A stretch of DNA of 64,000 nucleotides. Source: Candidatus Omnitrophota bacterium. GTDB taxonomy: Bacteria > Omnitrophota > Gorgyraeia > Zapsychrales > Fredricksoniimonadaceae. The stretch spans positions 11,143 through 75,142 of the forward strand of contig JABDFL010000002.1 in NCBI GenBank assembly GCA_013286575.1, given 5' to 3'. This document shows, one piece after another, positions 37,901 through 44,933 of the stretch (within the stretch, counting starts at the first letter, position 1; every line of letters begins with the position of its first letter). The position numbers and the translations under genes are program-made. The notes under the pieces are model-generated. The model saw only the letters and a program-made list of their open reading frames with translations, had not been told where the DNA came from and did not search any database.

Positions 37901-40309
37901 AGCATCGACGGTAATCTTCTGTGACAAGTCTCCCTTGGCAACAGCGGTCGTAACCTTAGCGATGTTACGCACCTGATTCGTTAAGTTACCGGCCAAGACG
38001 TTGACGTTATCCGTAAGATCCTTCCAGGTACCGGAAACACCTTTGACGTCTGCCTGACCGCCTAATTTCCCTTCCGTACCGACTTCCTTGGCCACACGGG
38101 TAACTTCCGCCGCAAATGAATTGAGTTGGTCCACCATGATGTTGATGGTGTTTTTAAGTTCCAGAATTTCACCTTTAGCATCGACGGTAATCTTCTGTGA
38201 CAAGTCTCCCTTGGCAACAGCGGTCGTAACTTTAGCGATATTACGCACCTGATCTGTTAAGTTCCCGGCCAAGACGTTGACGTTATCCGTAAGATCCTTC
38301 CACACACCTGATACCCCTTTGACAAAAGCCTGACCGCCGAGTTTACCGCCGGTACCGACTTCCTTGGCCACACGGGTAACTTCCGCCGCAAATGAATTGA
38401 GTTGGTCCACCATGGTGTTGATCATGTTCTTCAACTCCAGGATCTCTCCCTTGGCGTCTACCGTGATTTTCTGCGACAAGTCCCCTTTGGCCACAGCGGT
38501 CGTAACTTTAGCAATGTTACGCACCTGATTGGTCAAGTTACCCGCCATGAAATTAACGTTATCCGTAAGATCCTTCCAGGTACCGGAAACACCTTTGACG
38601 TCCGCCTGACCGCCCAGCTTTCCTTCTGTACCTACTTCCTTGGCCACACGGGTGACTTCCGCCGCAAATGAATTGAGTTGGTCCACCATGATGTTGATGG
38701 TATTTTTAAGCTCCAGAATTTCACCTTTAGCATCGACGGTGATCTTCTGTGACAAGTCTCCCTTGGCAACAGCGGTCGTAACTTTAGCGATATTACGCAC
38801 CTGATTCGTCAAGTTACCGGCCAGCTGATTAACGTTATCTGTGAGATCCTTCCAGGTACCGGAAACACCTTTGACGTCGGCCTGACCGCCTAATTTCCCT
38901 TCTGTACCGACTTCCTTGGCCACACGGGTAACTTCCGCTGCGAAGGAGTTAAGTTGGTCCACCATGATGTTGATGGTGTTTTTAAGTTCTGAGATTTCTC
39001 CTTTGGCGTCAACCATGATTTTCTGCGACAAGTCTCCCTTGGCAACAGCGGTCGTAACCTTAGCGATGTTGCGCACCTGATTCGTCAAGTTACCGGCCAA
39101 AACATTGACGTTATCCGTCAGGTCTTTCCATGTACCGGACACTCCTTTGACGTCTGCCTGACCGCCTAATTTCCCTTCCGTACCAACTTCCTTGGCCACA
39201 CGGGTGACTTCCGCCGCAAATGAATTGAGTTGGTCCACCATGATGTTGATGGTATTTTTTAATTCCAGGATTTCTCCTTTGGCGTCTACCGTAATTTTCT
39301 GCGACAAGTCTCCTTTGGCAACGGCGGTCGTAACTTTAGCGATGTTACGCACCTGATTCGTTAAGTTACCGGCCAAAACGTTGACGTTATCCGTAAGATC
39401 CTTCCACGTACCGGAAACACCCTTAACATCGGCCTGACCGCCTAATTTCCCTTCCGTACCGACTTCCTTGGCCACACGGGTAACTTCCGCTGCGAAGGAG
39501 TTAAGTTGGTCCACCATGATGTTAATGGTGTTTTTAAGCTCTGAGATTTCTCCCTTGGCATCGACGGTGATTTTCTGTGACAAATCTCCCTTGGCTACAG
39601 CAGTTGTAACCTTAGCGATGTTGCGCACCTGATTCGTTAAGTTACCGGCCAAGACGTTGACGTTGTCCGTCAAGTCTTTCCAAACGCCCAATACCCCTTT
39701 AACATCCGCCTGGCCGCCTAATTTACCTTCCAGACCGACTTCCTTGGCCACGCGCGAAACTTCCGACGAGAAGAAACTCAACTGATCAAGCATGGAATTA
39801 ACGACTGTCCCGATCCTTAAATATTCCCCTTTCAAAGTCCGTCCTTCAATTTCCAAAGGCATTTTTTGGGACAAGTCGCCTTTAGCAACCGATGTGATGA
39901 CACGCGCAAATTCATTGGTGGGTTGGACGAGGTTAGAGATAAGAGAATTGATGGAATCCATCCCCGTGGCCCAACCGCCTTTGACCGGCCCGATGGAAGC
40001 ACGCTCGGTTAATTTACCTTCTTCGCCGACAATAGCGCTGACACGGGCAAATTCATTGATCATATTTTCGTTCAAATCCAGGATATCATTAAGGACTTCC
40101 CCTATTTCACTGGGCAAGCCATCTTCCTCAACAGGAAAACGCACGGAAAGATTTCCCTGCCGCACGGCTTTGGCTATATGCAGCATCTTCCTTAATTGGT
40201 CCTTTTTAGGATCTCCCCCATTCCCGTTCTCAAAAACAGGCGCTGCAGGCGTTGCTGCCCTGTTATTTTCTTTATTTTCATTCTCTAAAAACCGCACTGT
40301 TGGGGGCAT
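34886..40309 (-). CDS. Giant soluble hybrid histidine kinase: poly-HAMP array (about 12 x 92 aa)-GAF-HisKA-HATPase-REC
   Basis: No N-terminal TM. Repeated [95 protein letters not shown] ([27 protein letters not shown]). [67 protein letters not shown]: [51 protein letters not shown] precedes ATG 40309. Confidence 0.9.
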   Translation of the reverse strand: MPPTVRFLENENKENNRAATPAAPVFENGNGGDPKKDQLRKMLHIAKAVRQGNLSVRFPVEEDGLPSEIGEVLNDILDLNENMINEFARVSAIVGEEGKLTERASIGPVKGGWATGMDSINSLISNLVQPTNEFARVITSVAKGDLSQKMPLEIEGRTLKGEYLRIGTVVNSMLDQLSFFSSEVSRVAKEVGLEGKLGGQADVKGVLGVWKDLTDNVNVLAGNLTNQVRNIAKVTTAVAKGDLSQKITVDAKGEISELKNTINIMVDQLNSFAAEVTRVAKEVGTEGKLGGQADVKGVSGTWKDLTDNVNVLAGNLTNQVRNIAKVTTAVAKGDLSQKITVDAKGEILELKNTINIMVDQLNSFAAEVTRVAKEVGTEGKLGGQADVKGVSGTWKDLTDNVNVLAGNLTNQVRNIAKVTTAVAKGDLSQKIMVDAKGEISELKNTINIMVDQLNSFAAEVTRVAKEVGTEGKLGGQADVKGVSGTWKDLTDNVNQLAGNLTNQVRNIAKVTTAVAKGDLSQKITVDAKGEILELKNTINIMVDQLNSFAAEVTRVAKEVGTEGKLGGQADVKGVSGTWKDLTDNVNFMAGNLTNQVRNIAKVTTAVAKGDLSQKITVDAKGEILELKNMINTMVDQLNSFAAEVTRVAKEVGTGGKLGGQAFVKGVSGVWKDLTDNVNVLAGNLTDQVRNIAKVTTAVAKGDLSQKITVDAKGEILELKNTINIMVDQLNSFAAEVTRVAKEVGTEGKLGGQADVKGVSGTWKDLTDNVNVLAGNLTNQVRNIAKVTTAVAKGDLSQKITVDAKGEILELKNTINTMLDQLNSFAAEVTRVAKEVGTEGKLGGQAEVKGVSGTWKDLTENVNFMAGNLTNQVRNIAKVTTAVAKGDLSQKITVDARGEILELKNMINTMVDQLNSFAAEVTRVAKEVGTEGKLGGQADVKGVSGTWKDLTDNVNFMAGNLTKQVRGIVKVVTAVANGDLNQKFVLEAKGEVAALAETINNMIDTLSTFADQVTTVAREVGIEGQLGGQAKVPGASGVWKDLTDNVNFMAGNLTKQVRGIIKVVTAVANGDLSEKFVLEAKGEVAGLAETINSMTDTLRTFADQVTTVAREVGIEGKLGGQAKVPGASGIWKDLTVNVNQLAGNLTSQVRAIAEVSTAVTKGDLTRSIAVEAQGEVAALKDNINQMITNLKDTTAQNKDQDWLKTNLARFSGMMQGQRNLTAVAQLIMSELTPIVDAQHGAFFVAQQEDNETVLTLIASYAFNERKNLSSTYRLKESLVGQCAFEKKRILITKPPQEYISITSGLGAATPQNILLLPVVFEGELKAVIELASFQSFSVNYLNFLDQLMDSVGVILNMISSTMRTEELLQEVKRSNSELENQAKELEDKAKLLELKNKEVEMASLSLEEKAEQLSLISKYKSEFLANMSHELRTPLNSLLILSKALSENKDNNLSPDQIKYASTVHSTGQDLLTLINEILDLSKVEAGKMSIEPQEIQLPQIYEYLEHNFRPLAEHKNLNFTINANGNLPKTVFTDNNRLQQILKNLLSNAIKFTEKGEVKMYIKVVEREKRFGIETLDKSPSVLAFAVRDTGIGIPVDKQNIIFEAFQQADGTTSRKYGGTGLGLTISREIARLLGGIIKVESAPGMGSVFTLYLPEKYVGAETVKSSSNNREIVAPTLPKNADFKGKRILIVDDDMRNIYALTSVLEPWGMIVTHADNGKSGIRRLNEKPDTDLILMDIMMPEMNGFDAIKMIRKISKFESLPIIALTAKAMKGDREQCLDAGASDYITKPVDTDRLLSVMYSWLNK
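36690..40180 (-). repeat. In-frame tandem repeat array, period 276 bp (92 codons), encoding the HAMP units
   Basis: Period confirmed at DNA level: 37921 vs 39301 (offset 1380 = 5x276) and 37441 vs about 38545 (offset 1104 = 4x276). The outer units are diverged. Confidence 0.9.
37520..39727 (-). repeat. High-identity core of the array: 8 consecutive near-identical 276-bp units
   Basis: Units differ from the commonest unit at no more than about 7 of 92 residues. In one 120-nt comparison, 114/120 nt were identical. Confidence 0.85.
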
Positions 40310-40494
40310 AATTTCTCCTTGCTTATTTAATGGTACGCTCGAAATTTAAATAGGAAAAAAATGAAGGAAAAAATATTTTTATCATAGTTAAAAATATGGA
40401 TTGATATTTAGTGAGGCTAGTTTACTGATATGCGGAGAATTGTGTATGGCTTGCTTCTACTTTTTACTGACTTTTTTCCACCAAAGCGGTCTTT

Positions 40495-40764
40495 TCAGGA
40501 TTCCAGGACTTTTTTCTTTTGTGCGAATTCTTCCGCATCAATTTCACCGGAAGCAAATCTTTTCTTTAAGGTATCCATGGCTGAATCCTGTTTCTTAGGA
40601 TCATCCATTGGCCTTCCTGTTTGAGATTTTGAAGAATTCTGGAACAAATAGACAAAACCGAATACGGCCAGTAATAAAATAATAAGAATGAATAATGCCC
40701 CCGTATTATGCCAATAATCCTGGTACCAATAAACATCATGCCAATGACCGAATTCATCGTACAT
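40495..40764 (-). CDS. SHOCT-domain membrane protein with His/Trp/Tyr-rich N-terminus
   Basis: MYDEFGHWHDVYWYQDYWHNTG, one TM, C-terminal SHOCT-like LKKRFASGEIDAEEFAQKKKVL. SD GGAGGA. Confidence 0.65.
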   Translation of the reverse strand: MYDEFGHWHDVYWYQDYWHNTGALFILIILLLAVFGFVYLFQNSSKSQTGRPMDDPKKQDSAMDTLKKRFASGEIDAEEFAQKKKVLES

Positions 40765-40821
40765 AAAATGATCCTCCTTCTTTAACTTATTCTACCTGTT
40801 CCTCAAAACCTTCCTTAAATA

Positions 40822-41421
40822 TCATCTCCCATACATCGTTTGTAATTGTGAGATCCTTGGGAATACGGAATAAAATTCTCCCTGAGGGCCCACATACCCA
40901 TTACCCGATCTCCTAAGAGTGACGGCCACATACCCGCCGCCATGACTGGGTACATTGACCGTAACAGCGTTGGGTGTATTGATGACCGCTACAGGCGCTG
41001 CCTGGACAGGCTGTGAAACGACCTGGTAGCCGCTGGGAGTTTGTACATAATAGGTCCCATTATTCACATAATAAGTGGCACCGTTAATCACGACCGGTTG
41101 AAAATCCGGCGGGATGGTGGCCACTACAGCCCCTACAGGAGGAGATACGATCACATAATCCCCGTTGACGTAGCTGTAATACAATCCGTCATAATAATAG
41201 TATCCCACACCTCCGACCCAAACCCTGAAATGCCTGGCCGGGAGATAATGGCTGTGCCAGCCGTAATGCGGATGATCATGCCAACGGTAATAATGATGGT
41301 TGTCATGATATCCCGGAGAACCCAAACTCACTCCCACCCCCCAATCGGCGTAAGAATATTTGGGCCAAACGCATAAAATCAACGCCCCTAAAACAACAGG
41401 CAAAATATACAAATTTTTCAT
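40822..41421 (-). CDS. Secreted His/Tyr-rich protein of unknown function
   Basis: Signal peptide MKNLYILPVVLGALILCVWPKYSYA, then HDNHHYYRWHDHPHYGWHSHY and Tyr-rich GATYYVNNGTYYVQTPSGY. SD AAGGAGG. Confidence 0.6.
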   Translation of the reverse strand: MKNLYILPVVLGALILCVWPKYSYADWGVGVSLGSPGYHDNHHYYRWHDHPHYGWHSHYLPARHFRVWVGGVGYYYYDGLYYSYVNGDYVIVSPPVGAVVATIPPDFQPVVINGATYYVNNGTYYVQTPSGYQVVSQPVQAAPVAVINTPNAVTVNVPSHGGGYVAVTLRRSGNGYVGPQGEFYSVFPRISQLQTMYGR

Positions 41422-41455
41422 TTTGACCTCCTTGATTGATGTTCCGTCTGCAGTG

Positions 41456-41495
41456 TAACAAAATCAAAATGAAGACAAAATGAAAACAAAATTAA
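41456..41495 (-). promoter_or_regulatory. Copy (a) of the recurrent 40-nt element
   Basis: TAACAAAATCAAAATGAAGACAAAATGAAAACAAAATTAA, 34 nt upstream of ATG 41421. Confidence 0.5.
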
Positions 41496-41522
41496 ACCCA
41501 GGCATTTTATCTCAGGGAGGAT

Positions 41523-41562
41523 TTTTTGCCTGGTTATGTGTTGGGACATAACCAGGCAAAAA
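41523..41562 (-). other. Perfect 17-bp stem / 6-nt loop hairpin in the 280-bp intergenic region
   Basis: Plus strand TTTTTGCCTGGTTATGT-GTTGGG-ACATAACCAGGCAAAAA. The A/T runs are part of the stem, so this is not a canonical intrinsic terminator in either direction. Confidence 0.6.
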
Positions 41563-41643
41563 TGGGGAAACAAACTGATTACTCATGGTGCGGATGATGG
41601 CGGGGGCTATTGAATTGATTTTTATCCATTTCATTTTTTAGAA

Positions 41644-41695
41644 TAACAAATCTAAGATTAAGAGAAGATGAAAATAAAATGAAAATAACCATTAA
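41644..41695 (-). promoter_or_regulatory. Copy (b) of the recurrent element, with one extra 11-12-nt unit
   Basis: TAACAAATCTAAGATTAAGAGAAGATGAAAATAAAATGAAAATAACCATTAA. It starts 6 nt after the stop at 41702. Confidence 0.5.
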
Positions 41696-41701
41696 TCCTG
41701 C

Positions 41702-41962
41702 CTACCGGTAAAGATCATTCATACGGACCAGTTCCTTCGGCGGATGGATTTCCACTTCGGCCTTAGAAGCTGAAGATACCAATCTTACAAGTTTCTGCAC
41801 CAAAACAGCCAGGCGGATTTCCCGTTTCATGTGCCAGGCCAGTGCTTTCTGCATACGGTCCTCGGAAATCCTGCCAAGTCCATTACGCAATAGAATAATC
41901 ATTTCCCGCTGTTTACGATGGATCTCTACAAAATACTGCCGATAAATCTCTTCAGTAAACAT
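41702..41962 (-). CDS. Small helical protein, unknown function (86 aa)
   Basis: Start at ATG 41960-41962 (MFTEEIYRQYF...), preceded by GAGGGGG; the track ORF begins at a TTG. Last gene of the EPS-like operon. Confidence 0.5.
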   Translation of the reverse strand: MFTEEIYRQYFVEIHRKQREMIILLRNGLGRISEDRMQKALAWHMKREIRLAVLVQKLVRLVSSASKAEVEIHPPKELVRMNDLYR

Positions 41963-42185
41963 CTTTTTCCCCCTCTTTGACCTGCTCAATGAGCTGCCTC
42001 ATGAATATTTTATGTTCGTAACTTTCTCTATGAAGAGTGTTTAATGTCTCTTTGATTTTATTCCTTAAATCCTTATCAAATCCCGAAAGATAAAGGGTGT
42101 TCATAATATGCTCTGAATAAAGCAATATGCCCTCTTCAATCTTGCGGCCCTGCTCTAAAAAAACCAGCAATTCATCTCTGGTCAT
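41952..42185 (-). CDS. Small helical protein, unknown function (77 aa)
   Basis: MTRDELLVFLEQGRKIEEG...; overlaps the GH8 stop by 14 nt and the next gene by 11 nt (translational coupling). Confidence 0.5.
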   Translation of the reverse strand: MTRDELLVFLEQGRKIEEGILLYSEHIMNTLYLSGFDKDLRNKIKETLNTLHRESYEHKIFMRQLIEQVKEGEKDVY

Positions 42186-43326
42186 AGGTTTCTTCCTGGT
42201 TTAAAAGTTCTGTGACCCAGACAATGCTGTTAACATAATATTCCCTGGGATTTTGATAATACGCCCCTTTAAACCCCCTATGGATCGAAGCGCGCAGTTT
42301 AGTAATGGCCTGGGCCGCAAGATCATGGTTATCGGTCAATTCAAAAGTGACATAGGCAACCGCATACATTAATGGGCTTTCCTGCGTATCTTTTAAAGGC
42401 TTTCCGTCATAACTGTACTCGCTCATCAATTTGCCCCTGTTTTTTAACTCCCCTTCAAAAAAATTGGAGAATTTTTCCAATATATCAAGCGCCCGCGGGT
42501 CTCTGTTGAAAAACTCATCAATACCGATGCGAAAAGGCACGCGCACAGCTTCCCAGGCAAAATTACCGGATTTCCCGTCATAAGAAGAAAGGTTTCCGCT
42601 GCGGTCCACACTGACCCAATCAGGCACAAGACCGACCCCCGCCACCCCATTAAAACTCTTCTGGGCTTGCGCCGACAAAATATAGGAAGTATTGACAAGC
42701 TCAAGCCAGCGCGGGTCATGGTCAAAGGCATAAAATGATTTAAAATAAGCGGGTGAATAATAAGAAAGATTTTGCGGGATTTTATCCAGCGAAGATGGAG
42801 AGTCGATGATCCAGGGAAGAAGATATCTGTGATACTTGAAAACGACCGTCAATATATTAAGGATATCTTTGAGCGACCGCCCTGCCATGTCTGCGTAAGA
42901 ATCATTCTTCCATTGCTGGGAAGCAAGGACCAGGGCCATGGCATAATCGATGTCCGCATCAGTGGCCGGCATCCCGTCACGGACCGAACCGTCGATATAA
43001 TGCCATGATAAAAGATGGTCGCCGAATTTTTCCTGGCGCGAAAGATTATCTTCGGTCCACCGCAGCAGGTTGTCAAAGGCCGGGCGGTCTCCCATCACCA
43101 CAGCCCTTAACATGGCATTGGCCTGGCCTTCGGAGGTGGTGTCCTGCTCAGGGAAGCGCAGCACCCTGCCATCGGATTCTATAAAATAAGATTTATACCC
43201 CTGCCATGTTTCCGAAAGGATATGGGAAGACCGGCGCGACTGGCTGTCCTGGTGCGTCGATAAAACCCAGGCAAATAAAAGAAACGCCCCGAAACCGGAG
43301 AGTAATATCAGGAATATCGACCTCAT
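42172..43326 (-). CDS. Glycoside hydrolase family 8 (BcsZ-like endo-beta-glucanase)
   Basis: DTTSEGQANAMLRAVVMGDRPAFDNLLRWTEDNL is the GH8 catalytic-region motif. Signal anchor MRSIFLILLSGFGAFLLFAWVL. ATGA overlap with the synthase stop. Confidence 0.75.
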   Translation of the reverse strand: MRSIFLILLSGFGAFLLFAWVLSTHQDSQSRRSSHILSETWQGYKSYFIESDGRVLRFPEQDTTSEGQANAMLRAVVMGDRPAFDNLLRWTEDNLSRQEKFGDHLLSWHYIDGSVRDGMPATDADIDYAMALVLASQQWKNDSYADMAGRSLKDILNILTVVFKYHRYLLPWIIDSPSSLDKIPQNLSYYSPAYFKSFYAFDHDPRWLELVNTSYILSAQAQKSFNGVAGVGLVPDWVSVDRSGNLSSYDGKSGNFAWEAVRVPFRIGIDEFFNRDPRALDILEKFSNFFEGELKNRGKLMSEYSYDGKPLKDTQESPLMYAVAYVTFELTDNHDLAAQAITKLRASIHRGFKGAYYQNPREYYVNSIVWVTELLNQEETYDQR

Positions 43327-44933
43327 AACTCCTCCACTGTCTCTTCGCTGCCGCCGATTTCGTTGAAATAAAACACGGCGGAAAACACGAGCGCGTGATA
43401 AAACAGCCAAAAAACATTGCAAAGTATTCCGGGGTTGCGCTCATAAACCCATCTTAAAATCCCCCAGGTCATGGCGACCAAATTTAATGACCATAAAAAG
43501 ATTTGCACCCATAAAAAAGTATACGGCACTTGTGTTGCACCGCTTTTGTTGGTCACTTGAAAACCGACAGGAACGTTAAAAATCCCGAACAGCGTCGCCC
43601 TCAAATAAATCGGCACGGACAGCATAGTTAAAAGGTGGGTTTTTAAAATATAGGAGAACTTATAGTGGCGCAAACCCATGCTCGAATAAAAAACAGCCAG
43701 CGCCATCAGGAAATAAGGCACAAAGGTGAGGGAATACACGTAAGGGTCCATAAAAAATGCCGGGACATTAAAAAATGTATAGATAAGCTGGCAGAGAAAA
43801 AGACACAGGTAGGCCCACCCGATAAAATAATAGGTGCCGGTGATGAAATAATCAAACCATTGCATAAAACTCAAACTCCACGGCCTGGTGAAAAAACTTT
43901 TAACGACTTTCTTAAAGACCTGGGTATTGCCCAAAGACCAGCGGGATTGCTGTTTAAAATAGGCCACCAGATCTTCCGGTGCCATGCCAAAAACAAGGGG
44001 CATGTTGACATAGAGGCTCTTCCATCCCTTCATATGCAGTTTTAAGGACGTCGCAAAATCCTCCGTCACCGTGTTCTCATCAAACCCTCCGACATCCAGG
44101 AGCGCTTGCCTGCGTATGACGACATTAGTCCCGCAGCACATCATCGCCCCGTTACTGTTTTTCCCTTCACAAATATATTCATAGAAGATCGCTTGTTGAA
44201 AATTTGTCGTCAATGAAACCCTGTTGGAAGAACAGTTTGTATAAAATTGGGGGGTCTGGACAAAGGCCAATTTTTCCTGTTTTTCCAAAATGGGCACCAA
44301 AACTTTCAGGAAATGCGGCATGGGGTTTTGATCAGCATCAAGAATGGCGATGTATTTCTCCGTTATGATTTTGTTGACCTCATTGATGATCCCGGCCTTG
44401 GCACCCCGGTGCACATCCCTGGAATATATTTCTGTCCCGAATTCCGATGAAAGTTCCCTGGCTTCCCGTTTAAACTCTTCAATGGAGGAATCATCCAGAA
44501 AATAAATCTTCTTGTTTTTATAATCCAGGTTGTAACACGTGACCAGGGTCCGTTCAACAACCTCCCTCGGTTCATGGCGGGCCGGGATCAGGATCGCCAC
44601 CGGCGGCTCATTAGCCAAAGCCTCTGCCGGGTACCTGTCCGGCCGGCGGTCCAGGCGCAGGACATTGAAAAAATAGCCGATGGCATGAAACATAATAAAA
44701 AATTCCGAACCCAGGAATAATAAGGCCAATATCCTCTCTTCCAGGTTGCAACTGGCGTAATACAAAAAGACAGAACGGAAGAACACGTAGTTGACCAGAA
44801 AAATCAACACCGTAATGACCAGCACCTGCGAGGGGGCGGGTTTTAGGTCGCCCTGGCGCGGGAACAGTACTTTAGAAAGCAAAGATGAGCGAGACTGTTT
44901 GTTCATCGTCTTTATAAATCCCCGGATGATCAT
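43323..44933 (-). CDS. Processive GT2 beta-glycan synthase, cellulose-synthase-like, no C-terminal PilZ domain
   Basis: PPVAILIPARHEPREVVERTL, KIYFLDDSS, IAILDADQNP (DxD), VTEDFATSLKLH (TED), KQQSRWSLGN (QxxRW), VGFQVTNKSG. The protein ends after the last TMs. Alternative start at ATG 44906. Confidence 0.8.
   Translation of the reverse strand: MIIRGFIKTMNKQSRSSLLSKVLFPRQGDLKPAPSQVLVITVLIFLVNYVFFRSVFLYYASCNLEERILALLFLGSEFFIMFHAIGYFFNVLRLDRRPDRYPAEALANEPPVAILIPARHEPREVVERTLVTCYNLDYKNKKIYFLDDSSIEEFKREARELSSEFGTEIYSRDVHRGAKAGIINEVNKIITEKYIAILDADQNPMPHFLKVLVPILEKQEKLAFVQTPQFYTNCSSNRVSLTTNFQQAIFYEYICEGKNSNGAMMCCGTNVVIRRQALLDVGGFDENTVTEDFATSLKLHMKGWKSLYVNMPLVFGMAPEDLVAYFKQQSRWSLGNTQVFKKVVKSFFTRPWSLSFMQWFDYFITGTYYFIGWAYLCLFLCQLIYTFFNVPAFFMDPYVYSLTFVPYFLMALAVFYSSMGLRHYKFSYILKTHLLTMLSVPIYLRATLFGIFNVPVGFQVTNKSGATQVPYTFLWVQIFLWSLNLVAMTWGILRWVYERNPGILCNVFWLFYHALVFSAVFYFNEIGGSEETVEEL

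Noticed and set aside
36690-40180. The tandem repeat as a CRISPR array, minisatellite or mobile-element remnant
   Set aside because: The period is a multiple of three and sits inside one uninterrupted reading frame. There is no repeat/spacer alternation. Differences between units are synonymous, so this is a coding domain array.
36612-40349. Plus-strand ORFs inside the HAMP array (e.g. 36897-37370, 37145-37513, 38402-38671, 39792-40349)
   Set aside because: They are antisense to a 1,807-aa ORF with intact kinase motifs. Their products are low-complexity, and their periodic recurrence simply mirrors the 276-bp repeat.
41668-41682. Tiny plus-strand ORFs inside each copy of the 40-nt element (ATGAAAATAAAATGA = MKIK*, also MKIR*, MKTK*, MKRR*)
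   Set aside because: They are a by-product of the ATGAAA-N4-ATGA repeat. No SD lies at a usable distance, and the orientation is opposite to all neighbouring genes.
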